This document shows positions 11,180 to 22,441 of a DNA stretch of 53,423 nt, piece after piece (position 1 is the first letter of the stretch; the number at the start of each line of letters is the position of its first letter). Under the pieces are notes generated by a model that was not told where the DNA came from, made no database searches, and was given only the letters and a program-made list of their open reading frames with translations. The position numbers and the translations under genes are program-made. The DNA comes from Prasinococcaceae sp. CCMP 1430 (lineage: Eukaryota; Plantae; Prasinodermophyta): the NCBI GenBank assembly GCA_013416795.1, contig RQSC01001202.1, positions 166,907 through 220,329 on the forward strand. Direction: 5' to 3'.

Positions 11180-13203
11180 CTGCCGAGGGGGCGGGGGAGG
11201 GCGATGGGGTCGGCCGGTTGGCGGGCGGCGGAGCGTGGGTCAGCGAATGTCGTTGCGGGCGCGCGCGCGGGGAGGCGCGCCGCGCGGCGCGCACGNNNNN
11301 NNNNNNNNNNNNNNNNNNNNNNNNNNNNNNNNNNNNNNNNNNNNNNNNNNNNNNNNNNNNNNNNNNNNNNNNNNNNNNNNNNNNNNNNNNNNNNNNNNNN
11401 NNNNNNNNNNNNNNNNNNNNNNNNNNNNNNNNNNNNNNNNNNNNNNNNNNNNNNNNNNNNNNNNNNNNNNNNNNNNNNNNNNNNNNNNNNNNNNNNNNNN
11501 NNNNNNNNNNNNNNNNNNNNNNNNNNNNNNNNNNNNNNNNNNNNNNNNNNNNNNNNNNNNNNNNNNNNNNNNNNNNNNNNNNNNNNNNNNNNNNNNNNNG
11601 GCCCGCGGGGGCGCCTCGGTCGCATTTCGCCTTCCGTGAAATCTCCCCGCCCGCGCGCTCCTTCCCTTCGCCGCGATGGCGCCCCGCGCCGCGCTCGTCG
11701 CGGTCGCCCCGCCCTTTCGCGCCGCCCCTTCCGAAAGGAGATCCCCCGCCGAAACGGCGGCCCGCAGCGCTGCGCTGCGCAGCGGCGCGCGCGCGCGCCC
11801 CCGCAACCCGCGCACAGTAAGGAACTTCTTAGTACTGTACATCAATCAATACTTCAGTACGAATACGGCATTGGACCCACCAGGGAAACAACCCGAATGG
11901 GGCCCCTCCCAAACGAATCGGAGTCCGTTCGGGAACGAAACGCCAGAGCCGAAGCCGAAGCCAAACACGGATCCGAACGCGGCGGCCTTGGGGCGGGGCG
12001 GGTACCCGGGTGGGCGGCGGCTGGCGCAGCCGCCGGCCGCGGCCGGGGGGCGGGGGCGCGGCGCGACGAGGGACCCCGGAACGGACCCGGAGATCTTTTT
12101 CCGCGGCGGCGGCGGAGCCGCGGAGCCGGAGGGGGCCCACGTGTTTGGGGTATCGAGAAATCAGGGTCCTCGATGAGGGGCGCAGCACACGCCCGGGGCG
12201 CACGTGGAACAACACCGGCCGGATGGCAACGCATCCCGCTACGGTCTGGCTGTGGCCCGACCGAGAATGCTCTCAGCTTCCCCTGCCTGGTACGGCGCAC
12301 GCCTCCCACGGGAGCGAAGCTGCGCGCGGCCGGGCCACGTGGACCTTACCAACATATGCACACGGACCCTCTCTCGTCCGGTGGACAACGGAACCTCAAA
12401 TATCGGTCGAATTCCGGCCGCGGGTGCGACCCCGACCCCGACCCGACCCGCCTGCAGCTGCAGCTGCCGATCCGGGCGGATCGGCGGATCGGCGGATGCG
12501 GCGGATCGGCGGATCGGCGGGGAGGGCACTGCACTGAGGCGCCGAGAATTTCGAGCGCGCGTGCGGGGCACGCGGCCGCCGCGGGGCCGCGCGGCGGCTC
12601 ACGCGGCNNNNNNNNNNNNNNNNNNNNNNNNNNNNNNNNNNNNNNNNNNNNNNNNNNNNNNNNNNNNNNNNNNNNNNNNNNNNNNNNNNNNNNNNNNNNN
12701 NNNNNNNNNNNNNNNNNNNNNNNNNNNNNNNNNNNNNNNNNNNNNNNNNNNNNNNNNNNNNNNNNNNNNNNNNNNNNNNNNNNNNNNNNNNNNNNNNNNN
12801 NNNNNNNNNNNNNNNNNNNNNNNNNNNNNNNNNNNNNNNNNNNNNNNNNNNNNNCCCTACCCCCACCCCCCGACGCATGCGCGCGCGGCGCGTGCGGACT
12901 TCGGAGGCGCGCTCGCGGGCCGCCGATGGGGGGCACAGACCCGCAGGACCCCGCGTGGCGATCCGTGCGGCGCCCGATGAGCCCGCGGGAGCCCGCCGCC
13001 GCAATCGACCTCCTCGGCGGTCCCCGCGCGCGCGCATCCTCCGGGCGCGCCTCGCGGCGGCCGCGGCACTCCCGATGAGGCGTGCGCGCGGAACACGTGC
13101 GAGGCGAGGATGCGGAGAGCATCGCGCTGCCGCCGTTGCGAAAGCGCGACGCCGCGGCTGACCCAAGCGCCCGCTCCGCTCGCGCTCCCGCCGCCCGCCG
13201 CAG

Positions 13204-14035
13204 GCTGGTGGAGGAGCAGATCGCCGGCGGCACGGAGGGTCTGGTCGTGGGCGGCACCACGGGCGAGGGGCAGCTCATGTCGTGGGACGAGCACATCATG
13301 CTCATCGCGCACACGGTGCACCGCTTCGGCGACAAGATCGCCGTCATCGGCAACACGGGCAGCAACGCGACGCGCGAGGCAGTGCACGCGACATGCCAGG
13401 GCTTCGCGGTGGGCATGCACGCGGCGCTCCACATCAACCCGTACTACGGCAAGACCAGCGAGGACGGTCTCTACAGGCACTTCGAGGAGGCCCTCTCGTA
13501 CGGGCCCTCGATCGTGTACAATGTGGCCGCGCGCACCGCGCAGGACATCACCCCCGACATCATGGAAAACCTCGCTGAGCACCCCAACTTCGCTGGCATC
13601 AAGGAGTGCGCAGGCACCGAGCGCATCAAGCACTACACCGATCAGGGCATCGTGTGCTGGACGGGCAACGACGACGAGGCGCACCAGGACAGATACGAAG
13701 GGGGGGCGACCGGTGTGATCAGCGTGACCTCGAACGTCGCCCCCAAGCTGATGCACCAGCTGATGCACGACGGCCCCGATGCCGACCTCAGGGACCGCCT
13801 GCTGCCGCTGATGAACTGGCTCTTCGCGGAGCCCAACCCCATCGGCCTCAACACGCTGAGCGCGATGACCGGCATGGCCAAGCCCGTGTTCCGCCTGCCG
13901 TACGTGCCGTACAACCGCGAGCTGCGCGAGCAGGGCAAGGCCATCCTGGAGGAGCTCGGCGAGGATAGCTTCGTCCACGACGGCCCTGTGAGGGTGCTCG
14001 AGGACTCTGACTTCATCATTGTCAGCAAATATTAG
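13204..14035 (+). CDS. dapA: 4-hydroxy-tetrahydrodipicolinate synthase (DHDPS), plant type, main exon
   Basis: Motifs GGTTGEGQLMSWDEHIMLI, HINPYYGKTS, IVYNV, GIKEC and EPNPIGLNT. Acceptor CAG at 13201-13203. Confidence 0.95.
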
Positions 14036-14482
14036 GTGGGATAAGTGCGTGCCTAGACGTCCATACAGTTGAAGAGACTACCCCTGGCGCGCGTGCGCGC
14101 CAGCGCGCGCGACCACGCCCGCGCCCGCGCACCATGCCCCGCCACCGCCGTGCCAGCGCCATCAGCGCGCGGGGAGGGTCCGCCCGATCGCCGCGCGGTC
14201 TCTGTGCGGCGCCTCGGGGAGTCAACTTCGGACTACAACTTCGGCCGCGCAGAAGCTCCCGTGGGTACAATATAGCAGAAATACACTGTAGATATTTTGA
14301 TTGCGGACACATGCGGTTGGCGCGGCTGGCAGGATCGCACCACCAACAACTGTGCGCCTGCGGGGCGCCACAGAGCGCGCGCAGCTGCCCCCCCCTTCCC
14401 CCCCACCCCCCCTTCCTCCACCGTACCCCCAACCCTCCGTTCGCCCTGCGGAGGGCGCGGATTGCAAAGGACCGGGTCGTAG

Positions 14483-14715
14483 AGCGGTGGCTGCAGCCGC
14501 TTCGCGCGCGGCGCCGGCCGCGCGCGGCGCCGCACAGAAGAAGTGGTTGTTGCGGAGGAGGGCGGACGGGCGATCGGGGCAGGGTACGAGCCCAAGGGGT
14601 GGACGCGTGGCCTCAACGACCGCACGGTCGAGGACATCCGCAAGCTGCGCCTCATCACGGCCATCAAGACGCCCTACCAAAGCAGCGGCAAGATCGACCT
14701 GCTCCACTACGACAG
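14483..14715 (+). CDS. dapA: DHDPS N-terminal exon located downstream of the DHDPS stop
   Basis: Encodes RTVEDIRKLRLITAIKTPYQSSGKIDLLHYD, the start of plant DHDPS. Its phase-2 donor at 14716 matches the phase-2 acceptor at 13204 (HYDR|LVEEQ). Confidence 0.85.
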
Positions 14716-14870
14716 GTGCGCGCCAGCGACAGCGCGAACGCGCGCAAGCGCGGCCGGCCGGCCGGCCGGCCGGCCGACCGGACGGAGGCGGGGAGGGGTG
14801 GATCGGTGCGCTTGCTCTCGCGCGCGCCGTCGCCGATCGGCGCGGTCCGCGCGGCGCGCGCGTCGCTCAC

Positions 14871-15035
14871 CGTCAGGATGTTGAAGGGCGGTCCGTCGTA
14901 GTCGCCGTCGCCCTTGGCGGCCCCCGCGTCGGCGGGCTTGTCGGCGGCGTCCTTGCGCGCCTTGGCGAGCTCGAGCATCTTCTCGAGCATGGCGACCTCG
15001 TCGCCGTCGACCCCAACGGCGGCGCGCGCGGCCGC
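14871..15035 (-). CDS. serA: Upstream exon of serA (transit-peptide end ...YDGPPFNILT), 5' end missing
   Basis: Ends in a phase-0 GTGAGC donor. Joined to the 11179 exon it gives FNILT|FNAISSVGLKRF, matching the SerA N-terminal pattern (K/N)I-x-T-(F/L)-N-x-I-S. Confidence 0.7.
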
Positions 15036-15037
15036 GC

Positions 15038-15088
<51 letters not shown>

Positions 15089-15161
15089 TGTGTGCGTGTG
15101 TGTGTGCGTGTGTGTGAGAGACAGAGTGCGTGTCAATGTTCGCGAACAAGCGTGCGCGCGC

Positions 15162-15221
<60 letters not shown>

Positions 15222-15234
15222 CACACAAACGTAC

Positions 15235-15369
15235 ACATCACCCCCGCGGCGATCCCCAGCACGTCCAATCCCTTCGCCTCGCCCCCGCCGGTCGCCGCGG
15301 CGTCCGCGAGGCGCAGCGCGTACGCGGCGTGCGCGTGGCACTATCCACCGAGTGCGCGTGTTGTGTGTT

Positions 15370-15426
<57 letters not shown>

Positions 15427-15845
15427 ACGAGCATTCACGGGTCGGCGTGCGTGTGTATGCGCGCGTGTGTGAGCACCAATGTGCAAGCGCGTGCAGAGTA
15501 CGCCCTCGCACACACGCACACATGCGCGCGCGCGCGCGCGCGCGTCCCCGTGTGTGTGTGTGTGTGTGTATGTGTGTGTGTGTGTGTGCGTGTGTGTGTG
15601 CGTACGTTGTCGGCGAGAATCGCGTGCGTGCGGCGCGAGTAGCACTCGGCGGCCGCGTCGACGGCGGCGTCCCACTGCGCGTCGGAGAGGTGCTGCGACG
15701 CGGCGCCGAGGAGCGCGTAGCTGTGCGTGCGAGTGTGTGTGTGTGTGTGTGTGTGTGTGCATGTGCGAGCGTGCATGTCAGCGCATTGGGACGCGAGTGC
15801 GCACAATGGCGCAATGTGTGCGTGTGTGTGTGTGTCTGTGCGCGG

Positions 15846-15877
<32 letters not shown>

Positions 15878-16046
15878 ACACGCACGCACGCACGCACCGC
15901 CTGGGCCTCCCGAAGGTCAGCCTGCCCACGCCGACGGTCCGCGTGCCCGCGAAGTCCGTCGTTGTGCCGTCGGCGTAGCACACGCCCGCGTGGCCCACCT
16001 GCGTGTGCGTGTGCACGTGTGAGCGGGTGTGCTAGTACACATGCGC

Positions 16047-16099
<53 letters not shown>

Positions 16100-16240
16100 C
16101 GCCGCATACGCGCTCGCACAGAGACGCACACGTCGCATGCGCGCTCGCACCACGGGCCACAGCGCCGTCACGAGCGGCAGCGCCGTCCACACCACGCAGC
16201 GGGCGAACGCGGGCGCGTCGCCGGGCGCCGGCGGCGCCAT
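15235..16240 (-). CDS. RTE1: RTE1/TMEM222 (DUF778) family protein; exons 16240-16151, 15998-15898, 15720-15606, 15340-15235; last exon not found
   Basis: Spliced product [24 protein letters not shown]...DFAG...FGRPRRY...WDAAV...[16 protein letters not shown] matches the family motifs CVVWTP, GHMG, DFAG, FG-x-P and DNCHSH. All splice phases are consistent. Confidence 0.85.
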
Positions 16241-16793
16241 CGCCGCGGGAGCGCGCGCGCGACCGAGGGCGTGCGCCTGCGTGTGTGCGTGTGTGTGCGT
16301 GCGTGCGTGCGTGTGCGTGCGTGTGCGTGTGCGTGTGTGCGTGCGTGTGCGTGTGCGTGTGCGTGTGCGCGTGTGTGTATGCGCGCGCGCAGCGCGCGCT
16401 GTGGCCACGCCCGCCGTAACAGCCGCGCGCGCGGCCGGCTCGGCGGCCGAGTTGGGGTTAGAATTATTTCATATCAAATTGATAGAGCCCACGGAAGGAT
16501 TTAGTGTAAACCCTGACATCGAAATGACACGTCAAAACACATGCTTGTGAGGACGGAGGGGAGCGAAAAATGGGTTGGTCAAATGTAAAGTAACCCGAAC
16601 GCGCAGCGAAATGCTTCCCTATGAATCAAAACGAACCAAAATGATACATATAAATGCATTTAAGCGCGAACCCTAAAACCCGAATGTGCACGCCGGCGCT
16701 CCGTACGCAGAAAAAAAAAAGAAAAAAATGATTTAAGGGTCCTTCTGCAATCATTATGACCTCTGAATTCTTTTTGTTTTTGTCACTAGGTGC

Positions 16794-17050
16794 ATTTTGA
16801 TGTGTGATCCGTTTGGACAACGCTTAACGCATTCGATTTGACACCGACCCACGCGCGCACGCCCCTACATTCATTTTGATGCGTGATCCGTGTGGACTAC
16901 GCTTGGACGCATTCGATTTGACACCGACCCACGCGCGCACGCCCCCACATTCATTTCGATGAGTGATCCGGTTGGACGCACTCCCCCACATTCATTTTGA
17001 TACGTGATCCGTTTGGACCTGTGGACGCGTTCGATTTGATGCGTGAGCCG
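16794..17050. repeat. Degenerate minisatellite: about 80-bp unit with core CATTTTGATGNGTGATCCGTTTGGAC, 4-5 core copies
   Basis: Cores start near 16794, 16873, 16953, 16994 and, partially, 17035. GCATTCGATTTGACACCGACCCACGCGCGCACGCCCC occurs twice exactly. Confidence 0.85.
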
Positions 17051-17734
17051 ATGGCGTGCGCGCGCATACCGGCCGGATCGCGGGTGGGGCCCCGCTCGCA
17101 CGTGAGGTGCGCCGCCACGTGCGTACGCAGACGCACACGCCAACGAGCTGGTGGGGCTCGGGGCAGGACGCACACACACACGCGCGCAGCACAGCACAGC
17201 AGCATAGCACAGCATGACACACGCATAGCTACGCACACGCATACGTACACGCACACGCATGCGCATACGCATACGCGTATGCACACGCACACGCACGCAC
17301 GCGCGCAGTTCCTCGCGGGCGCGCGCATGCGAGCGCATGGAGCGCGTCGGGGAACGGCGCTTTTCGCCGCGACTGCTGCGCGCAGGGCGACGCCGGCGTG
17401 CGTGCGCGCGCGCGGGGTGCGCGGTGTGTGTGTGTGTGCGTCCGTGTGTGCGTCTGTGTGTGTGTGTGTGTGTGTGTGTGCCTGTGTGTGTGTGTGTGTG
17501 CGCGCGTGTGCCTGTGTGTGTGTGTGCTCTCTCTCACGCGCACGTGTGCGCGTGCGTGTGCGTGGGGGGCGGGGGCCGCAGGCGCGAGAGGTGCCAGCGG
17601 GGCGCATCCACATGGGGTTTGTGCGAACCCCGCGCAACGCGCCACAGAGCGCGCGCTCGGCGGCGGCTCGCGCGGGCGGCATGGCGCCTGGCAGGTGCGC
17701 ACGACCACGCGCGCGGGAAGGGGGGGGGGCGCGC

Positions 17735-17795
<61 letters not shown>

Positions 17796-17809
17796 NNNNN
17801 NNNNNNNNN

Positions 17810-17850
<41 letters not shown>

Positions 17851-18073
17851 TGTGTGATCGCGCGTGCACCCGATTGGCGCGGCACGCGATCGCCCGTGCG
17901 CGCCCGCGCATAGACCCCGACGCTTGCGTGCTCGCGTGCATACTAACACGCAACACACACACACACGCGCACACACACACACACACACGCGCGCGCGCAC
18001 ACACACACACGCACGCACACGCACGCACACACGCACGCACACGCACGCGCACTCGCGCACACGCAGGGCGGCG

Positions 18074-20528
18074 ATGGCTTCCCGCGCGGCGGCGCTCGCG
18101 TGCGCGCTCGTCGCCTCGGCGGCCGCGTCGGCGTCCCTCGCGAGCGCCAAGGCGGCGTCCCCGGCGCACATCACCTCGCTGAAGCAGCTCGCCGACGTCC
18201 TCGGCGAGTTCGGCGGGCGTGTCGCCTTCGTGGGCGAGGGCAACTACCACTCCGTGCAGCACCTGCTGCCGCCCAGCGCGGAGGAAGGCGGGCTCTGGGA
18301 GGTGAGGGAGAGAGGGTTGGGGGGAGTCAGCGCGTGCGTATGCGCGTGTTTGTGTGTGCGTGCGTGTGTGTGTGCGTGTGTTAGTGTGTGTCTGCGTGTG
18401 TGTGTGTGTGTGCGAGGGAGCAAGGCAGAGGGCGCATACGTGGGTGCCGTGCATTTGTGTGAGTTACAGAGAGACTAAGAGAGCTCCCGTGCACGTGCGC
18501 GCATGTTCATGCACACGTGCTCACACACACACACACACACACACACGCCACGCACACTAACCACACACACGCACACGCACAAACCACACACACGCACACG
18601 CACACGCGCAAAAGGTGGTGTACATCACCCACATCCCCGAGATGGAGGCGGCGGTGGCCAACGGCACCGTGCTGGCGGGCCTGGTGTCGGGCGAGCCGGA
18701 GAACCTCGGCGACGAGCTCACGGCGTTCTCGTCGGGCGCCATCTCGCCGCGCGCGGCGCTGCTCGCGCACTGCGCCGACGCCGACTCGGCCTCCGCCGCG
18801 CAGGCGATCAACGCCGCCATCCGCGCCGTCTCCGGCGGCGGCAACTTCGTGGCGCTGCAGGACGCCAACCACCCCTTCCAGGCGGCGGCGGCGTTCACGT
18901 GCGCGCCCGTCGCGGGCCACGAGGCCGACGCCAACTCGTTCCCCAACGCCTCGCTCGCCACCGGCGTGCTCAAGGACATCCTCGACAGCGGCGTGCTCAA
19001 GGTGGCCGCCCTGGGCCCCTACGACTGGGGCGTGGACGGCAACTACACCAACGCCGACGAGCCCACGGGCTTCTGGCCGGACTACCTCAGCGCCTTGGTG
19101 GCGGAGCTCGCCTACGGCATGGGCGCGGACATCGCGCTGGAGCGCGTGTACGCCCCGTCGTCGGCGGCGACGCTGCAGCTGCTGCTCGACGGCGAGGCCC
19201 ACGTCTCGGAGCCCTACTTCGCCACCAACGGCCTCTTCGGCGGCCTGCCGCGCCAGGACGCCTTCCACATGAGCTGCACGACGGTGGGCTACGACTCGAC
19301 CTTCTTCACGCGCAACGAGGCGGTGCTCGCGGCGCGGGGCTCCGCCAAGGGCGGCGTGTCGGCGGGCGCCGGCGGCAAGGACGACGGCGTGAAGGGCGGC
19401 GACGAGACGGTGGGCGCGGGCTCGCTGCGCTCGCTGGCGACGCTGCGCGCGCACCTGTCGACCGAGGGCGGCGCGGTCGCCTTCATCGGCGAGGGCAACT
19501 ACCACTCGGTGCGCCACGTGCTGCCGCCCAGCGTCGAGGAGGGCGGCCTGTGGGAGGTCGTGTACATCGAGGACGCGGACGAGCTTGAGGCGGCGGTCGC
19601 CTCGGGCGCCGTCACGGCGGGCCTGGTGTCGGGCGAGCCCGAGTACGTCCTCTCGGTGCTCAACACGTTCAGCGCGGGCACCATCTCGCCGCGCGCCGCC
19701 CTGCTGGCGCCCGAGTGCGTCGCGCCCAGCAACGCGCTCAACTCGGCGCTGAGCGCCGCCATCATGCACGTGCAGGCCACCGGCGGCTTCCGCGACGCCG
19801 TCGCGGCCAACCACCCCTTCGAGGCGGCCGCCATGTTCACCTGCGCCGTGCAGGAGGGCACCTTCCCCAACGCCTCGCTCGCCGAGGGCGCGCTCAGGGA
19901 CGTCCTCGACACCGGCGTACTCAAGGTGGCCGCCCTGGGCCCCTACGACTGGGGCGTGGACGGAGACTACACCGCCGACGAGCCCACGGGCTTCTGGCCC
20001 GACTACCTCAGCGCCCTGGTGGCGGCGCTCGCCGACGGCATGGGCGCGCCCATCGCCATGGAGCGCGTGTACGCCGCGTCGTCCGCCGACACGCTGCAGC
20101 TGCTGCTCGACGGCGAGGCCCACATCTCCGAGCCTTACTTCGCCACCAACGGCCTGTTCGACGGCGTGCCACGCCAGGACGCCTTCCACATGAGCTGCAC
20201 GACGCTCGGCTACGACTCGACCTTCTTCACCCGCAACGAGGAGGCCGCCGCCGCGCTCGAGGAGGAGCAGGCCGCGGACGAGGACGAGAAGCTCACCAAG
20301 AAGCAGATCAAGCAGGTCTGCAAGAAGGCCAAGTCGAAGAAGAAGTGCAAGAAGGGCGCCTCCAAGAAGGTCTGCTCCTTCAGCAAGACGAAGGGATGCA
20401 CGCCCAAGCTCTCCAAGAAGCAGATCAAGAAGATCTGCAAGAAGGCCGACTCGAAGAAGAAGTGCAAGAAGGGCGACGCCGCGGAGATCTGCAAGTTCAG
20501 CAAGAAGAAGGGCTGCAAGCCCAAGTAA
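18074..20528 (+). CDS. Secreted protein with two tandem type-2 periplasmic-binding-like (amino-acid SBP family 3-like) units and a Lys/Cys-rich repeated tail; intron 18302-18614
   Basis: Signal peptide MASRAAALACALVASAAA. Internal duplication of about 300 aa (GVLKVAALGPYDW, PTGFWPDY, LLDGEAH). Strong GC3 codon bias. The SBP assignment is by pattern recognition only. Confidence 0.75.
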
Positions 20529-20768
20529 AGGGAGCGAGGCGAGCACGCAACGCGCGCGCAACGAAGGGCAAACCAAATCAAACTAAATTCAATCAAGTCA
20601 TTGAGGACTAGTGGCACGAGTCAACGAACGCGGCGCACGACCTCTGCGAGATCCCGTGCAGCGAACTAGCAGCGCGCACCGGCACCACTGGCAGGTCGAG
20701 GCGCGCTCGTGCGGCAGTCGCGCCCGACGGGGTGGCGGCGCTGGCGGTGGCCACTGCGGTGCTGCTCG

Positions 20769-22441
20769 TCACCACTGCGCCCCAGCGGCCGCCTCCCGCT
20801 TGTAGTCCTCCCACAGCTCGTCGTACAGGTATCGGTACAGCTTCATGTCCCACTTGTTGTCCTCCTCCAGCACCTCGCGCAGTCCCGGCACCTCGAGGAT
20901 GCGCAGCGTGCGCCCCGTCGCGTGCTGGTCGCCCTCCATGGACCAGTCGTGCGACACGTTGAGCCCCCCCACCTCGCGCAGTATATCCGCGAAGGATGCC
21001 GGCTCAGCGAAGATCCGCTCCATGGGCATGAGCGCGTGGAACCTGCGTGCGACCTCCTTGGCGCGCTCATAGTCCTCCTCGGTGACTGGCACGATGCCTG
21101 AGCCGACCTCGTCAGGTCGGGGCGGCGCGTCTTGGCCGAAGTCGACTTTGCATCCCGTGCGCGAGCTTACTACGGAAGGGCCGAGGCCGCTGGGGAGCCG
21201 CTCCCTCTCACCGTCCGGCTGAGGGGCCGGGCCAATTGTGGCGTCGCCGAAGGAGGAGTTGGCCTTCCTCTTGCCGAGGGGAGCCCCGTTGTTGAACAGG
21301 ATGCGCATGTCGGGCGCCACGGCCTTGGCGTGCGCAACGGCGTCGTACATGCGGCACTTGCACACGCTGGCGAGGGCCCGTACCATTATGTTGTCCGCGT
21401 AGCATATCACTGCTGGCATCCACCCCATCTTAATGGTCGGCCACCCTCGACGGTCTGTCCAGCCCGGTGGCGTCAGGTTGCGCGTGTGCTCATTCTCGTG
21501 CAGCACGCAGCGATTGGCGTACGGGCGTTGGAGCGAGCCGCGCATGAACGCGCGGAGCGCGACGAGGGCGGCGTCGATCTCCTCGGCGGTGGCGTCGGCT
21601 CGGGGTGACACGCTCCCAGTTATGCCTAGCTTCGAGAGCGCTTTGCTGGCCCCGTAGTGCTCAGCGGTCTCCAAGGCCTCTCGAGGGACGAAGAGGCTGG
21701 CCAGCGGCTTGATGTTGTACACGGGCGCCCTGCGATTGCGGTCCGCGCCGATGATTAAGAGTGAGACCGCGCGACAAGCCCTGTCAGCTCTCACTCAGGC
21801 TGCGCGTTGGATTGCCATTAGTCTCGCAACACGGCACGCTCAGGCTGCAGCGAGTGGGCGACGCTCCGACGCCACGCGCGTGACGGCGCTTACCAGCCGT
21901 ACGAGAGCTCGGACTGCCAACGCTCTACCGGATGTCGAATGACCCCCATGAACACGGCGGGGACGGGCGGCTTCGCAGACAGCGCCGGGCTGCCCCTGAG
22001 GTCGGCCGCATCCAGAGGGGGCGGCGAGATGCCCACGCAGCCGGAGGGCACTCCGATCCACTCGTTGGTGACGGCGAGCGCGCTCGTGTTGGCGAAGACG
22101 CTCCAGCGCCTCGAGCAGTGACGCGTTTTCTCGGGGGCGCCGGGCTCCACGTGGCAGCCGACCACGAGGTCCCCCGCGGCCTTGTGCTGGTGCATCCAGT
22201 ACACGCTCGCGCCGGGGTCGCCGCCTTTGACCGCCAGTCGCGCCTCTACCTTGATGGAGCGCAGCGCCTCCTCGCTCACGCGCGGCAGAGCCATCTTGCC
22301 CTCCGCCATCCCCGCTGCGCCCGGTCCGGCGGACAGCCACGCCGCGGCTGCCAGGAGGACGGCGCTCGCCAGCGCGAGGGGGCTCTCCGCCCCGCTCCTC
22401 CGAGTCCTCGCGCGCAAAGCGAGCCGAGTCAGGCGACCCAT
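20769..22441 (-). CDS. Type II membrane sulfotransferase-like protein; exons 22441-21894 and 21729-20769
   Basis: N-terminal transmembrane segment, 5'-PSB-like WMHQHKAAG, 3'-PB-like IRHPVERWQSE, and C-terminal EDNKWDMKLY. Phase-2 intron 21730-21893. Confidence 0.65.

Larger units (their letters stand above)
15040..18614. repeat. Dense (TG)n/(CA)n microsatellite region, mostly intronic or UTR
   Basis: Directly visible; more than 15 dinucleotide tracts. Confidence 0.95.

Noticed and set aside
9890-13078. 1062-aa plus-strand ORF and other ORFs spanning N gaps
   Set aside because: They are antisense shadows of high-GC3 genes extended through N runs.
16794-17050. CRISPR-like array
   Set aside because: The intervening sequences are themselves duplicated, the repeats are degenerate, there are no cas genes, and the context is eukaryotic.
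14301-18478. Many HT/CV-repeat ORFs
   Set aside because: These are translations of (CA)n/(TG)n microsatellites, which lack stop codons.
18507-20576. 689-aa minus-strand ORF
   Set aside because: Antisense shadow of the SBP-like gene.
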